Positions 26,501 to 39,601 of a stretch of 64,000 bases of DNA are shown one piece after another. Below the pieces are notes generated by a model that was not told where the DNA came from, searched no databases, and saw only the letters and a list, made by a program, of their open reading frames with translations. The translations under genes were made by a program, and so were the position numbers. Within the stretch, counting starts at the first letter, position 1. Each line of letters begins with the position of its first letter. The DNA comes from Amoebidium appalachense (lineage: Eukaryota; Protista; Ichthyosporea): assembly GCA_963693365.1 (NCBI GenBank), contig CAVNZM010000001.1:13068418-13132417 (forward strand), written 5' to 3'.

Positions 26501-29500
26501 CGCAGTGCACGGCCCACACATGCACAGCCCCTCCGTCTCCGCTGCCCTCAGCTGCACACATACCGTCAGCAGCCGACCAGCCAGCCAGCCCCCCCAACCC
26601 TCCTGCACCCACCACCCACAGCCTCCCGAAACAATTGCCGCATCAGGGGGCTGTCCAGAACGGGGGCCACCATGGCCCCCCCCTGGCCCTGCAGCTGGTC
26701 GGCCAGGCAGCCCAGCAGGTGGTGCAGCAGCTGCAGCCCGGCCTGCCCCCACCGGCCCACTCAATCCCCCCGACCACAGTGCCAACTCCCCTCACCCAAC
26801 CCCCGCAACACGTACCAGGCATCCAGCTTTGGGCCCACCATGCAGGGCCATGTGGGCCAGCACGGCCTGGCATGCGGCTGCCAGGGCCTCAAGAGCCATG
26901 GCCTCTGTGGTCTGGCTGGCCGCAGCTACCAGTCCGCTGTTGGTGCCCAGGGCATCCACCCAGGCCTCGGGGGGCAGCCTGGCCAGTGCCCTCTGCAGGG
27001 TGCGTGGGCCCTGCAGCCAGGCCGCCAGGGGGGCACTGGGGTCCTGCAGCAGCACATACTGTGCCAGTGCCCCGGCCAATGCTGTGCGGCCAGGTGGCCC
27101 CAGCCAGTCGGCCACGGTCACCAACTGCCGGCGCACCCACTCAGGAGGGCAGCCCACTAGCAGGCCCGCTGCCCTGGGGGCATCACTCTGCAAACAGCGC
27201 AGCAGCTGCAGCGCCTGACCGGCACCACCTGCACCCACCCTCAGCAACCACCCGGCCACCATGCCCAACAGGCATGCAGGGCCACCCACCCAAGGTCTCC
27301 TGGGTGTGCAGATCTCTCCCCAGCAGCACGGTAACAGCTCTGCCCAGGCCCCAGGCCACGAGGGGGCCGTCTGCCGGCAGGCCGTCCAGCAGCATGCCCA
27401 GTGCCCCTGCTGCCCCCTGGCCCGTATCCATGTCAGCCGCTGCCACCCTCCAGCCCTGCCCACCGGGGCCACCTACCGGCCGTGGCAGCAGGCCGTGCAG
27501 CACCCTGGCCAGATACCCCCACGGGGCCATGCCCGGCTGGCCGGCCCAGCGCTTACCGTACACGTGCAGCGCAGCAAGCACCTGCAGGGGCCCTCAGCAC
27601 ATGCACAGCAACCCAGCATCGGCCCGGCCAAGGCATGTCTTCCACCATGCCTCAGTGCTTCGGGGGTTTGCAACACTGATTGTGCATTCTCATAAGTGGG
27701 AGGAGACTATCTAGCTTGCCATTCGTGTTCATTGTGAACTGCACTTGCTTGTCCTTTCCAGGCCCATATTTCCCCGGTAAACCCTCTTTGAATTCACGTT
27801 GCCAGGAAACAAGTAGCATGATGATATGGATTGAAGCCAAACCGAAAGATACATGACCATGTCTTTTTTGCACGCCCATAGACCCTGCCCTTAGACCGCA
27901 ATGTCCCACCCTCCTATGGTTGGTTGGTGTGCAGGTGGTTGCAGGGTCACCAACAGCATAGCAGCAGATTGTGAGCTGCTTACCAGTGGGCTCAGTGGCC
28001 GGCTGGTTGTGTCGTCCCAGGCAACCAGCTGCATGCCCCCATCCTGCTGTGGCGCACTCTGTGCCGAGGCATGGCCTGGGCCCACCTGCATGGCCCAGCG
28101 GTCCATCCACGTGTATGGGTCCGAGGCCACCAGCCCCACGGCCCCGTCCAGCAGCTCCACTGCCGCCTGCCCAGCCCCCTGCAAGCAGCCCAGCCACACC
28201 CCTGCCTCCGTGCCGTGGCTGCTAAACACGTCCAGGCTGCCCACCATCTGCCCCCCCGTTAGAACCACCTACTATCCCCCCCCCTCCCCCCCCCCCCTTC
28301 TCCCCCAGGGACGCACTCTAGTCAGCACTCCCTCCAGCACGGCGCCCAGGGCACCCAGGCCCCCGGCCGCCCACAGGCCTAGCAGCATGCCAAACGGTGA
28401 CAGCGCCCTGCTGCCCCGCACAAACGCCCAGCGGTAGTTGTCGGCTGCACCGTGCACTGGGGTCAGCATGGTGCGTGGTGGGTGGAGGGGGGGGCATGTG
28501 GCTAGCATGGCTCTAGCATGCACCTTCACGGCAAAGAGCTACACTGTGAAAGTTGGGGGACGTTGATCGGCGAAACTTTGCTATCTGATAGCTGGTATGA
28601 TGTTCAAACCAAAATCAATTAATGATTAGTCGGTAGTCAGTGGGCCATAGACAACACTTAGAATTGTTCTGCATCTAATAAGAAGTCTTCTTTGCTAGGT
28701 CTTGGATCGAGAGGCAACAGCATAAAACGACGACATACAAGCATGTTGCAAACCAAAAAAGGGACCAACTGATAGAGTTGAATTATATGCGTTCAGTTTC
28801 AGTTGAGTTGTACAGGGTTTCAACAGCCCGAGGATTGAAGGTCGATGAATTGGAGCCAAAAACCCGTTCTGTTTAGCAAGGCATCATAGTCTGCTTGGCT
28901 AAAACTAGCAATCTTTGCCCCACTATTCCGGTCTTATCCCGCACATGTCAGGCAGCCAGCCGGTGCCCTGTGCACCTATCCATGCAAATCCACCCACTGG
29001 TGGTGGGCTGCCGCCAGCACGTACCGTGGGCCATGATGTGCAGCAGCTGGGCCAGCACGGGCAGTGCGCAACCCTGCAGGCTGTCGGGCAGCAGCCGGCC
29101 GTAGTCCAGCCGGGCCTCGACCAGCAACTCCCCCATGGCCTGCTGGTAGCCCCGCACCACCTGCAGCCCTCACCATTAGACCCCCAACCCCCCCCTCAAC
29201 CCCCCCTGTGCGGGCAAGCAGCACGCACGCGCAGGATGGCCACGTGGCGCAGCAAGGCCTCGGGTGTGCTGCTGGCTGGTGCCGCCTGCACGGCCTGGTG
29301 CAACGCAATAACCAGCTGCACATCGGGCAGCCGTCCACGCCACAGCTCTGTAGCCCCGTCAGTCCCTGCCAGCCCTCACCCCGCGGCCAACTCCCGACCC
29401 ACCCGCACCTTTTAGGCGGGGCAGGGCTGGGTGGTCCGGGCCCAGGCGGTCCACCATGCGGCCACAGCGGTCCAGCAGCACCCCCAGCAGGCCCAGTGCC

Positions 29501-31918
29501 GTGCTGCCCGGCAGAGTCAGACCCAGATCACCCATCCAGCAACCCAGGCAGGCAGCAGGCGGGGCCGTACCTGCGCACCAATGGCACGGCATGCTGCAGG
29601 GCCTGCCGCACCAAACTGGCTGGCCAGCTGCCGGGCAGGGCCAGGCCGCACAGTGCCGTCACATAGTCTGCAGCATGTGGCCCCGACCAGCCCCCCCTGT
29701 CCCCCCCAGCCGTCAGCCAGTGCCTGCACGTGCTACCTGCAGCCGGGGCCAGGCACGTACGGCGGGTCAGGCACGGGGCCTGGAGGCAGGGGCAGGGAGG
29801 CAGCCCGCAGCAGCAGGGCCATGGCGGCCAGCCAGCGCAGGGACAGGCGGGCCTCCAGGTTGAATGGCAGTGCCCCCCAGTAGCTGCCTGCCCGTCAGCA
29901 CCAGCAAGGGGGGGCCACGGGGGGGCATGGACGGGGGAACCTACGGGCCCAGGGTGTCGGGGCAGGCTGCAAGCATGGCCTGCAGCAGCTGCCGTGCCAG
30001 CGGGTCGTCCAGGGCCCCGGGCAGGCCCTGTGCAAACCGCAGCAGCACGGGATTGGGTGCCCGGCCCCCAAGCACGGCCCCCCAGCCGCCATCGCCGTAG
30101 CACAGGCCCGTGCCCGTGTGGCCGCACAACCGCAGCAGAAACACGTGGGCCAGGTCCCGCACCGTGGCCCCCTCCCGTCCGGCCTGGTCGCTGCTATACA
30201 GCTGCGCCAGCTGCCCTGCCTGTCAGCACCCCCCTATCCCCCCCCCCTCCCCGTGTGGGGCCGGATATGCCACCTCACCTGCAGCAGCACGGGGCTGGCA
30301 AAGAACTGAATGCGGGCCGTCTTGCTGACCCCTGGGGCATCCACCACGGCCCGCTGCAGCGTCCCCAGCACAAGCTGCACCATCTGTAACGCCAGTCAGC
30401 CCAGGAGCCCGCCACATCAGGAGGGGGGGGGGGGGGGTGTATGCCTCGTAGGTGTCCTTCGGCAGGTGGCGGATGATGGCGCTGCTGAAGGCATGCAGGC
30501 CCAGCACCTTGCTGGTCAGCGCCGCATCCCCCGTGCTGAGCAGTGCCAGCACAAACCGCACATACAGCGTGTGTGCATCTGCAGCAGCCCCAGGCCGGTG
30601 GGTGAGGATGGACAGGCACACACGTGGACATGCAGCTAGCAGGCACACTGCCCCCTGGCAGGCACTCCCAGGCCATGCACAGCCACACAGGCCACCCACC
30701 CACCTGGTGACTGTGACGTGCTACGCTGGCCGGCCAGTTTGCTGAGAGGCTGTGTGCCACCGAATCAGAACACTGTCCCCCCCCCACACCCTCCCCCCTC
30801 GCCCCCTCCCCCTCCCCCCCCCAGCCCCACACAGCCAGGCCTGCTTACCGCATATCCGAAGTTGAAGTTCAGCAGCAGGTCCTGCACGGCGCTGGCACCC
30901 AGGCTGGCTGCGGCCAGCAGAAACGACAGGGCACCCCTTGCGCCGGCCGAGGCCAGGGCCGAGTATACGGGGCGCATATGCAGCCGCAGCACCCTGCGCA
31001 CCGTGGCCAGGGCCCTGCTGCCCAGCGCCTGCCGGGCCTGCGCCGTGACCACGTGGCCCAGCGCCTCCAGCACCGGCCCGTTGACTTTTTGCTGCGGCCC
31101 CAGTCAGCCATGCCCTGCAGGTCCGTGCCCTGACACCACCACTCCACGCACCTGGTTTGCCCCTGCAGCCTCCCAGGCCCCAAACAGCTCTGCACAGTCC
31201 GTGGCAGACTCGGCATACAACGCCACCAGCCGGGCCTCGGGCCCTGTGTCGTGCTGGGCAGCCTCGTTGAACCGCCCCAGTGCTGTGGCTGCGCAGTCAG
31301 CAGGGTTGGAGGGGTGGAGGGGAAGGGGGAAAGGGTGGCAATGGGCAAAGGTAGGGTGCGATGTACGCGGTGGCGTGTGTTGTTTGTTTTTTTTTTTGCC
31401 CCGTGGAAGGGGGGGGGGGGGGGGAGGGGGGGGGGGGGGAAACGGGCCGGGGAGGCAGTAAAGGGGGGGAAGGGGAAAGGGGAAAGGGGGGGGGGCAAAG
31501 AGTGGGCGGCAATTGTGGAAGTGGTGGTGGTGATGGTGGTTTTTTTTTTTGTTTTTTTTTTTTTTGTTTTTTGTTGTTTTTTGGGGGGGGGGGGGGGGGG
31601 GGAGGGAGGTCTTTTGATAAAAGGTGAGGATAGGGTTAGGGTGGGGAGAGGGGGGCGGAGGGGAGGGGGAGGGGGAAGTTGTTGAGGTGGTAAAGGGTGG
31701 GGAATCGGTTTGGCGGGGAGAAGAGCTGGGTGGCTTGGGCGGGGTGGGGGTAGGGAGAGGGGGGGGGGGGGGGGGTTGGTACCATAGCTGACGGCTTCAA
31801 GGGAGCCACTGGTGACAGCCTTTGTGAATTCGCTGAGCGTGTACGCGGCCACCTTCACGCTGGCCCGGCCGGCCTGCGTGCTGTGCGGCCCTGCCGCGTC
31901 AGCGGCTGGTTTGGGCAT
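20537..31918 (-). CDS. URB1: Nucleolar pre-ribosomal-associated protein 1 (URB1/Npa1), multi-exon
   Basis: N-terminal Npa1-like segments (AVQDLLLNFNFGY; LYVRFVLALL...VSKTARIQFF). C-terminal NopRA1 motifs YDPAFLLP, ALSS...VRHAAS, FREQPQV, APDHPLYKAINRFLLQRP...DVPLFYAFF, ERVWMLRWLVYGL...LYRRRHVLELLLS. The middle exons are poorly conserved. Confidence 0.88.
21985..22525. repeat. Intronic minisatellite, ~22-nt unit, about 24 copies, starting next to a URB1 donor
   Basis: TGGTGCATATATGGGGCCAGTA and variants. Confidence 0.9.
23314..23625. repeat. Two adjacent direct duplications (~55 bp and ~90 bp) in an AT-richer intron segment
   Basis: ATCAACTAGAACCACCCATAGTCCGGCTGACTGAAAGGGATCGGGACAAAGAGAA x2 and ATCATATCCCATCAGTGTGAACAGCGATTT...GGTGGTTGGCTGGCT x2. 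Confidence 0.85.
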
Positions 31919-33455
31919 GTCGGTAGGGCCAGGTGGAGAAGTGTTTGGGTGGACGGCTGTAGGGGAACAGGTGTGGGCGCACTCAGCAGCTAGTGCTGCT
32001 ACGTCTAGGTGTAGCACTTATTGCCCTCTGGGAGCTTATGTCTCTTCCCCGCGTGCAGAAATGGTGTCACAACTTAGGCATCGCCCTAACGCTGTGTGAT
32101 GTGTGCTGTATGTGACCTAGGCCTACCGTTGTGTTCGTTGTTCGCGCACAGAGCCGTATACCACGTGCACCCGGAAAGCGGCTCACCCAGCACCAAGGCC
32201 TAGCACCCGGAGTCACCACACAGGGTGCGCTGTAGGCCAATCGATAAGATTTGAGACAGGAACACCAATCGTGAGTCGACCGATGAGTGATGGACAGATG
32301 ACCGAGTCTGACTGTGCTGGCAGAGGGCCGTGGTCTGGCAGGTAAGAAATAGAATTCGCATGTTCTGCTATTCTAGACGTCTAGGTGCCTTGAGACGCCA
32401 CCGTTCCTGCTAGCTGTTGCACGATAAGCCGACGCTTTCTCCTTGAAAAATAAGCGCTACTTCAATACGATTGCTTTCTGGCGCCAGCAAGTGGGTTTTT
32501 GATGACTGAGAATCATGATCATATATCTCGAGCTTCCCCCTTGCATTGGCTGTGAGCTGGGTGGGCTATAGCACCAGGCATTGGGAGGCTCCCACTGATT
32601 GTGTCCTGAAAAAGCATGGGACTCGAGGCAGCCCTAAGCTGCTGGTGCAGGGCTGAAGCTTTCAAAGCAGCCTCCACGAAGTTCACATCACGGAATGGCA
32701 GGGTCGTGTACCTGTTAAACGGTAACAGAGCCCCCCTCCCCCCCCTCCCTCCTCCTCCTCCTCCCCCCCCTTCCCCCCCCCCTACCCAACCCCCCTCTCC
32801 CCCTGTCCCCCCTCCCCCCCCCCCCCCCCGCTGTGTAAGCCAGTGTTGTTTGGGTGAGTGCGTGCGTATGAAGGTGGTGGTGGTGGTGTGGGGGGGGGGG
32901 GGAGGCGCTATGGACAGACTGGAATTAGCAAAAACTGGGTTCGCTCAAGCTAGGAAGGAAGCAAACACACAAACAGTTTGTCCACAGTAGACGCGAGGCT
33001 ATTGACAAAGTGAAAGGCCATTATGATTGCGTGTGGGGGTTGGAATGAGGCATAGGGACCGTGGGAAGGGGAGGGGGAGGGGGGGACGGGGGGGGGGGGG
33101 GGGGGGGGGGGAAGGGGGGGGGGGGGGGGGAGGGGGGGAGGCTTATGGCAACAAGAAGTGGATGGATTTGCAGCAAGAGAAAAGCACAACCAAAACGGTT
33201 TAACAAGCTACAGTGTGCATCAAAGGCTGCGAGGGGCAACTCAAAGTACACTGACACAACCCGACATGTGACCTTGGGAAAAATGGATTTTTTTCTGAGT
33301 TGTCCCACACATAGACTCCATAGACTCCCACCAGGCCCACCAGGCTGCTCGTTGCAACACACGAGGTATATGGGTGACACAGTCCTAGTGGACTCTAATA
33401 TTTATCTGCTGGCTCGGCACCAGCTCATACGGTAGATATCTTGGGCCTGGGGAGG

Positions 33456-33517
33456 GTGGCTGCCGTCTGCTGCAGGGGTCCGTTGGTTTGCCCCCGCCAC
33501 GTCACCGCAGGCCGCAC
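33456..33517 (-). promoter_or_regulatory. SECIS element (type II, GUGA core variant) of SELENOK
   Basis: Minus strand GGCCTGC-G-GTGAC-GTGGCGGGGGC-AAA-CCAACGG-A-CCCCTGCAGC-AGAC-G-GCAGCC. It shows helix I CTGC/GCAG, a UGAC/AGAC quartet, an ~11-bp helix II, an apical AAA and a CC/GG mini-helix. Folded by eye. Confidence 0.75.
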
Positions 33518-34420
33518 AGGTAGAGACCGTGCAGGCCCTGCAGCCACGGCCCAGGCCGGCCAGCTTGCTGCTGCCCACAGTCAGTGCACACACTAGGCCA
33601 CGCTAGGAATAGGGGTCTACTCCATACAGCTACGACAGGAGTGGATGCAATGACGGGCACCCGGGACACAAGCATACGGACAGGCAGGCGCGCCGCGCGC
33701 GCACACACACACACACAAACATAAACCTCCGAATTAGCAAAGACCTTGCACCTGCGGCGACAGCTTTCACGTGCTTGTTCCATCAGAGCAAACCCAAATA
33801 CAAACAGAAAGCACATACAGAAGGGCAGGCGCTAGTGGAAAGCTATAAGACAACGAACACAGGAATGGCAGCTTGTGCCGTCGTAAGGTGTCCCTGTGGT
33901 GCACGAAAGAACGTCTGACTATGTATGTGCACGTGAGGTGCGCGTGAGTTTTCTTATACAGCCTAGTACGTATACACCTACGGTATGAGTAACTGTATCG
34001 TGTGTGCACATATGACTTCGTAGGTGTGCTCGCAGGTGCATTGTTACAGGCAGCCTGTGCTGTAGAGTGTGTGTGTGTGTGAGCCTCTAAGTAGTGTGTG
34101 CAAGTATGACTGTGTGGGTCTGTTCACGTTAGTGTGTGCGTCTTTATGATCCATGTGTGGATCCGGGGCCGTGCGTGTCATCTGCCTTTAGGTAACTGTA
34201 TGGCAGTGTGGTGTGTGCAGGTATGACCCGACTTCGTCTGCCTGTCTGAATACGTATATGCCGTTGGGTGCCTGCCAGCACGTGTATGTGTGTGCGGGGT
34301 GGTGGTGTGTTTTTGAAATGGGGAAGCGAGCAAAAGGGAGTTAGGGCAGAAAAGCAGCACACTGCTCTCGAAGTGTGGCCAAGCAGCCAGCACGCACCTG
34401 CTCAGTGCTGCAAGCTGGCC

Positions 34421-35505
34421 TTAACCTCAGCCGCCTGCACCAGGCGGGGCATTATGGCAGTCATTGCCTGCACAGGGCCATGTTAGTGGCGCCGTCATCG
34501 CTTGAAAGCGCACCCCAACCACCAACCCAGCCACTCACTCTGGAGCCCGTGAATGTTTGCTCGTCGCTGCGGCCTGCCCCCTCCACCACCTCCCCCACCC
34601 CCACCGCCGCCTCCGCCACCATAGCCCCTTGTCCCTCGCCTGCTTGGCTCGGGCTTGCCAGGTGCCACCAGTCCGATCAGAGGCTGTCGGGTTGGCACAG
34701 GTCAGCACCGTGCACCACACAAGCCAACAGCCTATGCTGGCCTCACTGCTACCGCAAATACAAGGCCCATGGCTGCACGTCAAAAGATCTTCAAACGGCA
34801 GAAGGCCAGCCGCAAAATAACTCCCGGCAGCCACTTGGCCAGACGTCCCACAAGACTCAGCATGCTACCAAAGCTTAGTCGCGCACACTAGACCTAACAG
34901 AACCACTCCCGTGAACTTGAGCTTTACGTTGCATATAGCTAGAGTTGAAGTCGGTTTATCTACCAATTGGGAAAGGTGAAGTCGACTCAAAGGGATGCCA
35001 GGCAGCAAACCACACAGCTGCGCGTGCAACATAGGGCAGAGGGTTGGGGAATGGAGGCATACCCCAAACAGCGACTGCAGGCTGTACACGTCGGTCAACA
35101 CGTGGCCAGGGAGGAAAGGTGTGTCAGTATCCTTGCTGGGCCACAACACCATGCCCCCCGCAGGACAAAGCTGTGCAGCACTCACAGGCCTGCACGACAC
35201 ACAGCCCTGTGCATCGTCGAAACCCTCACATACAACCCCAACCACACACAGCGTCCCAGTTAACCCACCTCCCCTCCCCCTTCCCCTCTTCCCAAAGCCC
35301 TATGCCCCTCCATACACCTCCCAATCCCCTCGGGGCACTTACAAGAACGTAAAACCAGCAAGCACGGCCCAGAAGGTGTCCTTCCAGTAACGGGTCGACA
35401 GCACGCTCTTTTCCTGAAGCGTGCCCGACGCTGCAGCCAGCACTCAGCAACCCGCCACCCCCCAATCCAGGCCCAGTCCCGGCACATACCTGTCACGTAC
35501 ACCAT
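34421..35505 (-). CDS. SELENOK: Selenoprotein K, 104 aa, Sec (UGA) at 34427-34429
   Basis: Exons 35490-35505, 35343-35430, 35063-35081, 34539-34683 and 34421-34467 (all GT-AG, phases consistent) give MVYVTASGTLQEKSVLSTRYWKDTFWAVLAGFTFFLQSLFGPLIGLVAPGKPEPSRRGTRGYG15RPQRRANIHGLQSNDCHNAPPGAGG-U-G*. This matches the SelK architecture (MVY start, one TM, Gly/Pro/Arg tail, GGUG end). Confidence 0.9.
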
Positions 35506-35773
35506 GTTGTTGAGCGCGTTGTGCGCCGCCCCCGCGCGCCAAATACTGTGGATTAGCAAAGCCTGTGTGCAGTTCCTACCATTAAGACCCTAAAAAGTTT
35601 GGGCAAACACGACATATTATTCTTCGTTTTGTGGCCAAGGGCCGGGAGCTCGCAGGAATGTGTGACGTAGCGGTGCATACCATCAACATTGTTGGTGACT
35701 GGGGCCACCGGGCAGGCCCCTGATTGGTTGCTGGCCACTGCACAGTTCTTACGTCATCAAGTTTTCGGAGCCC

Positions 35774-35817
<44 letters not shown>

Positions 35818-36441
35818 TCACAGGTATATGTACACATATACAGGACAGGAGTAGCACTATATATATAGCGAAGGGCGTTACTAATTATAAATGGGCCATT
35901 GAAGACATATCATGGGATTATATCATGGTCAACATGCTTTGACTGGCATGCATGGCACGTGCATGTTCCGGTCATTGTCCATGGGCACGGGAATGGTCGG
36001 ACATGTCCACGGCCATGTGCGGGGCCCTCGTAGTATTGTAGGCTGGTGGCCATGCGGGCAGTGCTGCTGTCTTGCCGAAATGCCATGTATCAGCAACAAG
36101 GCCTTGCCTGGAGCAAAGGATATAGCACCGCCAAGATCTAGACCTCGGGCCTTGCAACCATGGAAAAGCACGTGCCCGTGGCTTGCTGGCATGCAATTGC
36201 AAATTGTTTCTCACTGTGTAGTTAGACATGTGAGTGGGCCCGCGAGAGTTGATCACACAAAGTCAACACTCGTGCCACGCATGGCACAAAACATGCACAG
36301 CATGTGCGCATGGCAATGCTTCAAGTTATGATGATGATTCAGTCTTTGCGGAGTCAACGGGAACACACACACTACTACCATGCTGAAAAACAACATAATT
36401 ATAAACACACTCAAAACACACACACACACACACGCACACGC

Positions 36442-36555
<114 letters not shown>

Positions 36556-36637
36556 CGTCACACACACACACTCAAACACACTGTACACTTACACATTCAC
36601 ACATACACCGACTCGACACGCGCGCGCGCGCGCGCGT

Positions 36638-36685
<48 letters not shown>

Positions 36686-38444
36686 TGCGCACACTGTGGA
36701 CCACATGTACATATGTCTAGTGTGGCAGGGTGCATAATGCATGGCCCACTACTACGTGCACACTGTGGACCACATGGTATTCAATGTGTCCCTGGAAGGC
36801 TCGCACCCGTGTGTGAGGAAGATGGAACGGTAGGTATTTGTACACATATGAATATGTCTGTGTCTACTGTACCTTCAAGTTGACGCGAACACAAGCACAA
36901 GCACAGTAATCTGTGCATTCCCCACACATCTACAACGGGCACGCACATGCGCACAGTGTGTGCAGTGTGTGCGCACACACCGGCGTTTCACCCGTACAGA
37001 CAAGCAAGTTAACCCAGTGCCGGTACCATGGCAGATAGATATACACGTCACACACACAAACACACAATCCACAACTTGAACAGTTCATAACAATAATCAC
37101 CTTTCGGCCACATGTACATACGGTAATAATCATTATGGCAGGCCCATTCATGCAGCTACCATATGTGCGCACACACCGTGGCGCTTCTACATGTATACTA
37201 CAACCGCAAAATGCAGTCAAAATGGCATGACATGTGCATGTACTTTGACACATGCCGCCGTGTCCCTTTTACGACTGGCAGAATTGTATTTACGTGTGCT
37301 CATATTTGGTGCCTGCAGGATGCATCCAGCTGCTCGATGCACTTGCGTGGGTCAGCAACGAGCATGCCGAGTCCCCCGATCTAGATCTACAGTACGGTGC
37401 CAGGTACCCCCTGGGTTTATGATGTTATGTGACCCCTAAATATGGTACCATGGTGTATGTAGTCCAGGACATGAGGAGTAACACACAAGCGAGCAGGGTG
37501 GGCTGCTCATGGGTATGGTCGTTTCCTGCTGAACGCTTGTTTCCTGCTGAACGCAATATGCTGGTGTGCTACCTCTCTCCACCTTTCTATTGACTTTACA
37601 CCTATGTACATGTGCCGCCGGGCATAACATATAAGGATAGTCCTCTGTTGGCCCCATGGCTTTTCCTGATGGTTGGTACGGCCTTGTTCTTCTAGCTGCA
37701 TGGTGGCGGGACCCATTTCTTCTGCGACTGTCTTCTCTCTCCTAAGGTGCCTCCTTGGGGTGCACCTGCTGCTGGTGCCAGGTCTGCAACATGTCTCCAC
37801 GGCAGGGTGATGTGGCCGGTGACCGACTGGTACATACAGAGAGGTCCGTGCCTTCTACTAACAGCTGCACTATGTGCCCGCGAGGCTGTTTGACACTTGT
37901 TCTCTTTGGCGGGTCTAGCTCTGTGACCATGCATGCACTGTACTGCTCTTCAGGCACCTGCTGTATCTCGTGCTACACCGGCGAGAGAGTTTGGGGCACA
38001 TTCGGTCAACATGGGGACATGTTGGTCAGTTTTTCTTATTTCTTTATTGGGTTAACCGTTACTCAATTTAGTGATGGCTTTATTGGTTCGCTCGTTCGTT
38101 ATTATTGGTTATCAGCGATCGTGCTTTGAAATTCCTGATACGCTTACATACCGATGGTTCAGCATAATGACCTACTTTCAAACGACATAATTAGCTCAAA
38201 GCAACTGTTTTCTTCGTCTATACATCATCATGTGCTATGCCTGTTTACTAACTCACCCAAGAGAGATTCGCAATATAGTTAAAAAAAAGCCAGGTACCCC
38301 TGGGTCCATGGGGCTGCAACATCCACCCCCAGCAGCTGGCCAGACACCATGTACACCCATTGCATCAAGGGCCACCATGGTCCTCGGCCAGCCGGGGTGG
38401 GCCCTGCCCCTGCTGTACACTTGTGAGTTCCTGCGGGGGTGCAT

Positions 38445-39262
38445 CTACAGTGCACAGGTGTCGGCTGGATGGGGGTCAGCTGGCGGGGGCCACCGGGGCA
38501 TAGAACAGCAGGTAGGGGGTGGTGGCCGTGGGCTCTGTGCTGTGCAGCAGCGCATGCACGGCCCTGGGGGCCACATAATGCGCACAGTCGTCATCCAGCA
38601 GCACCCACCGCTCCCTGGCTGCCCGGTCAGCACACACCCACCAGCCACCAGACACCACCCCAGAGGGCCCACCCACCCTGTACGGATGAAGGCCACATAG
38701 TGTCCCGATGATATGGCCGTGCCCTGGTGCACCACAAACGCCTGCAGCTCTGAACCCACAGTCAGCACCCGTGCTCAGTGCTGGTGGGCCAGTGACCAGC
38801 ACACCAGGCATCCCCGAATGAAACCCCATCGTGCACGTGCAAAGCAGAGGCACACCCACTTTGAGCCCTTGCACGTGCACACACACACGGGCATGCCAGC
38901 ACGGCTCACAACAGCGTGTGTCCCTTAAAGAACACATACCATAAGTGCTTGTGCGCTGGGGACAGCTCGGGGCACACCACTGGGCCAGGCACAGGGTTGT
39001 GGGCACGGGCAGGCTGGTGCACACCTTGCTGCCAGCCAGCCCCCCGACCTGCACCCCCCCAGTCAGCCAGGCAGCCAGCCGGGTGGTGGGGCAGCAGGGC
39101 GCAGGCACGTACGGTGTGTGCATAGGCAAAGCGCTTGAGGTGCAGGGCCAGCACGCTGGGCAGCTGGCTGAAGTGCATGCGCCGCTCAGCCTCGGTCAGC
39201 GCCATACAGCCCGAGCAGCGGTAGCGGTTGGCCCCCTCCAGCCTGCAGCCCAGTTAGATACT

Positions 39263-39307
<45 letters not shown>

Positions 39308-39564
39308 TTCTCCCTCTCTGCCCGGGGAGTATGCGTGCCTCTCGCAGGCCGTGTGCGCACTGAGGGCCCAGGACAGGGAGGCCAGGGCGGCCTGGGGCAG
39401 GGGCAGGCTGGTGTCCACAAAGGCCTCGCTGCGGGTCTGGCCCTGCTCGCACTGCAGGCACACCGTCTGTACACCCATGGCCCCGCTAAACACCTCCTGC
39501 GCCTGCTGCCCTGCTCAGCACCCCCTGTCAGTGCCACAACAGTCGGTAATTTGGGGCGGGCGGG

Positions 39565-39601
<37 letters not shown>

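Noticed and set aside
38159-38231. C/D box snoRNA-like pattern on the minus strand (ATGATGA...CTGA, ~73 nt)
   Set aside because: No terminal stem and no rRNA-complementary guide that I can recognise. It would need snoscan or Infernal support.
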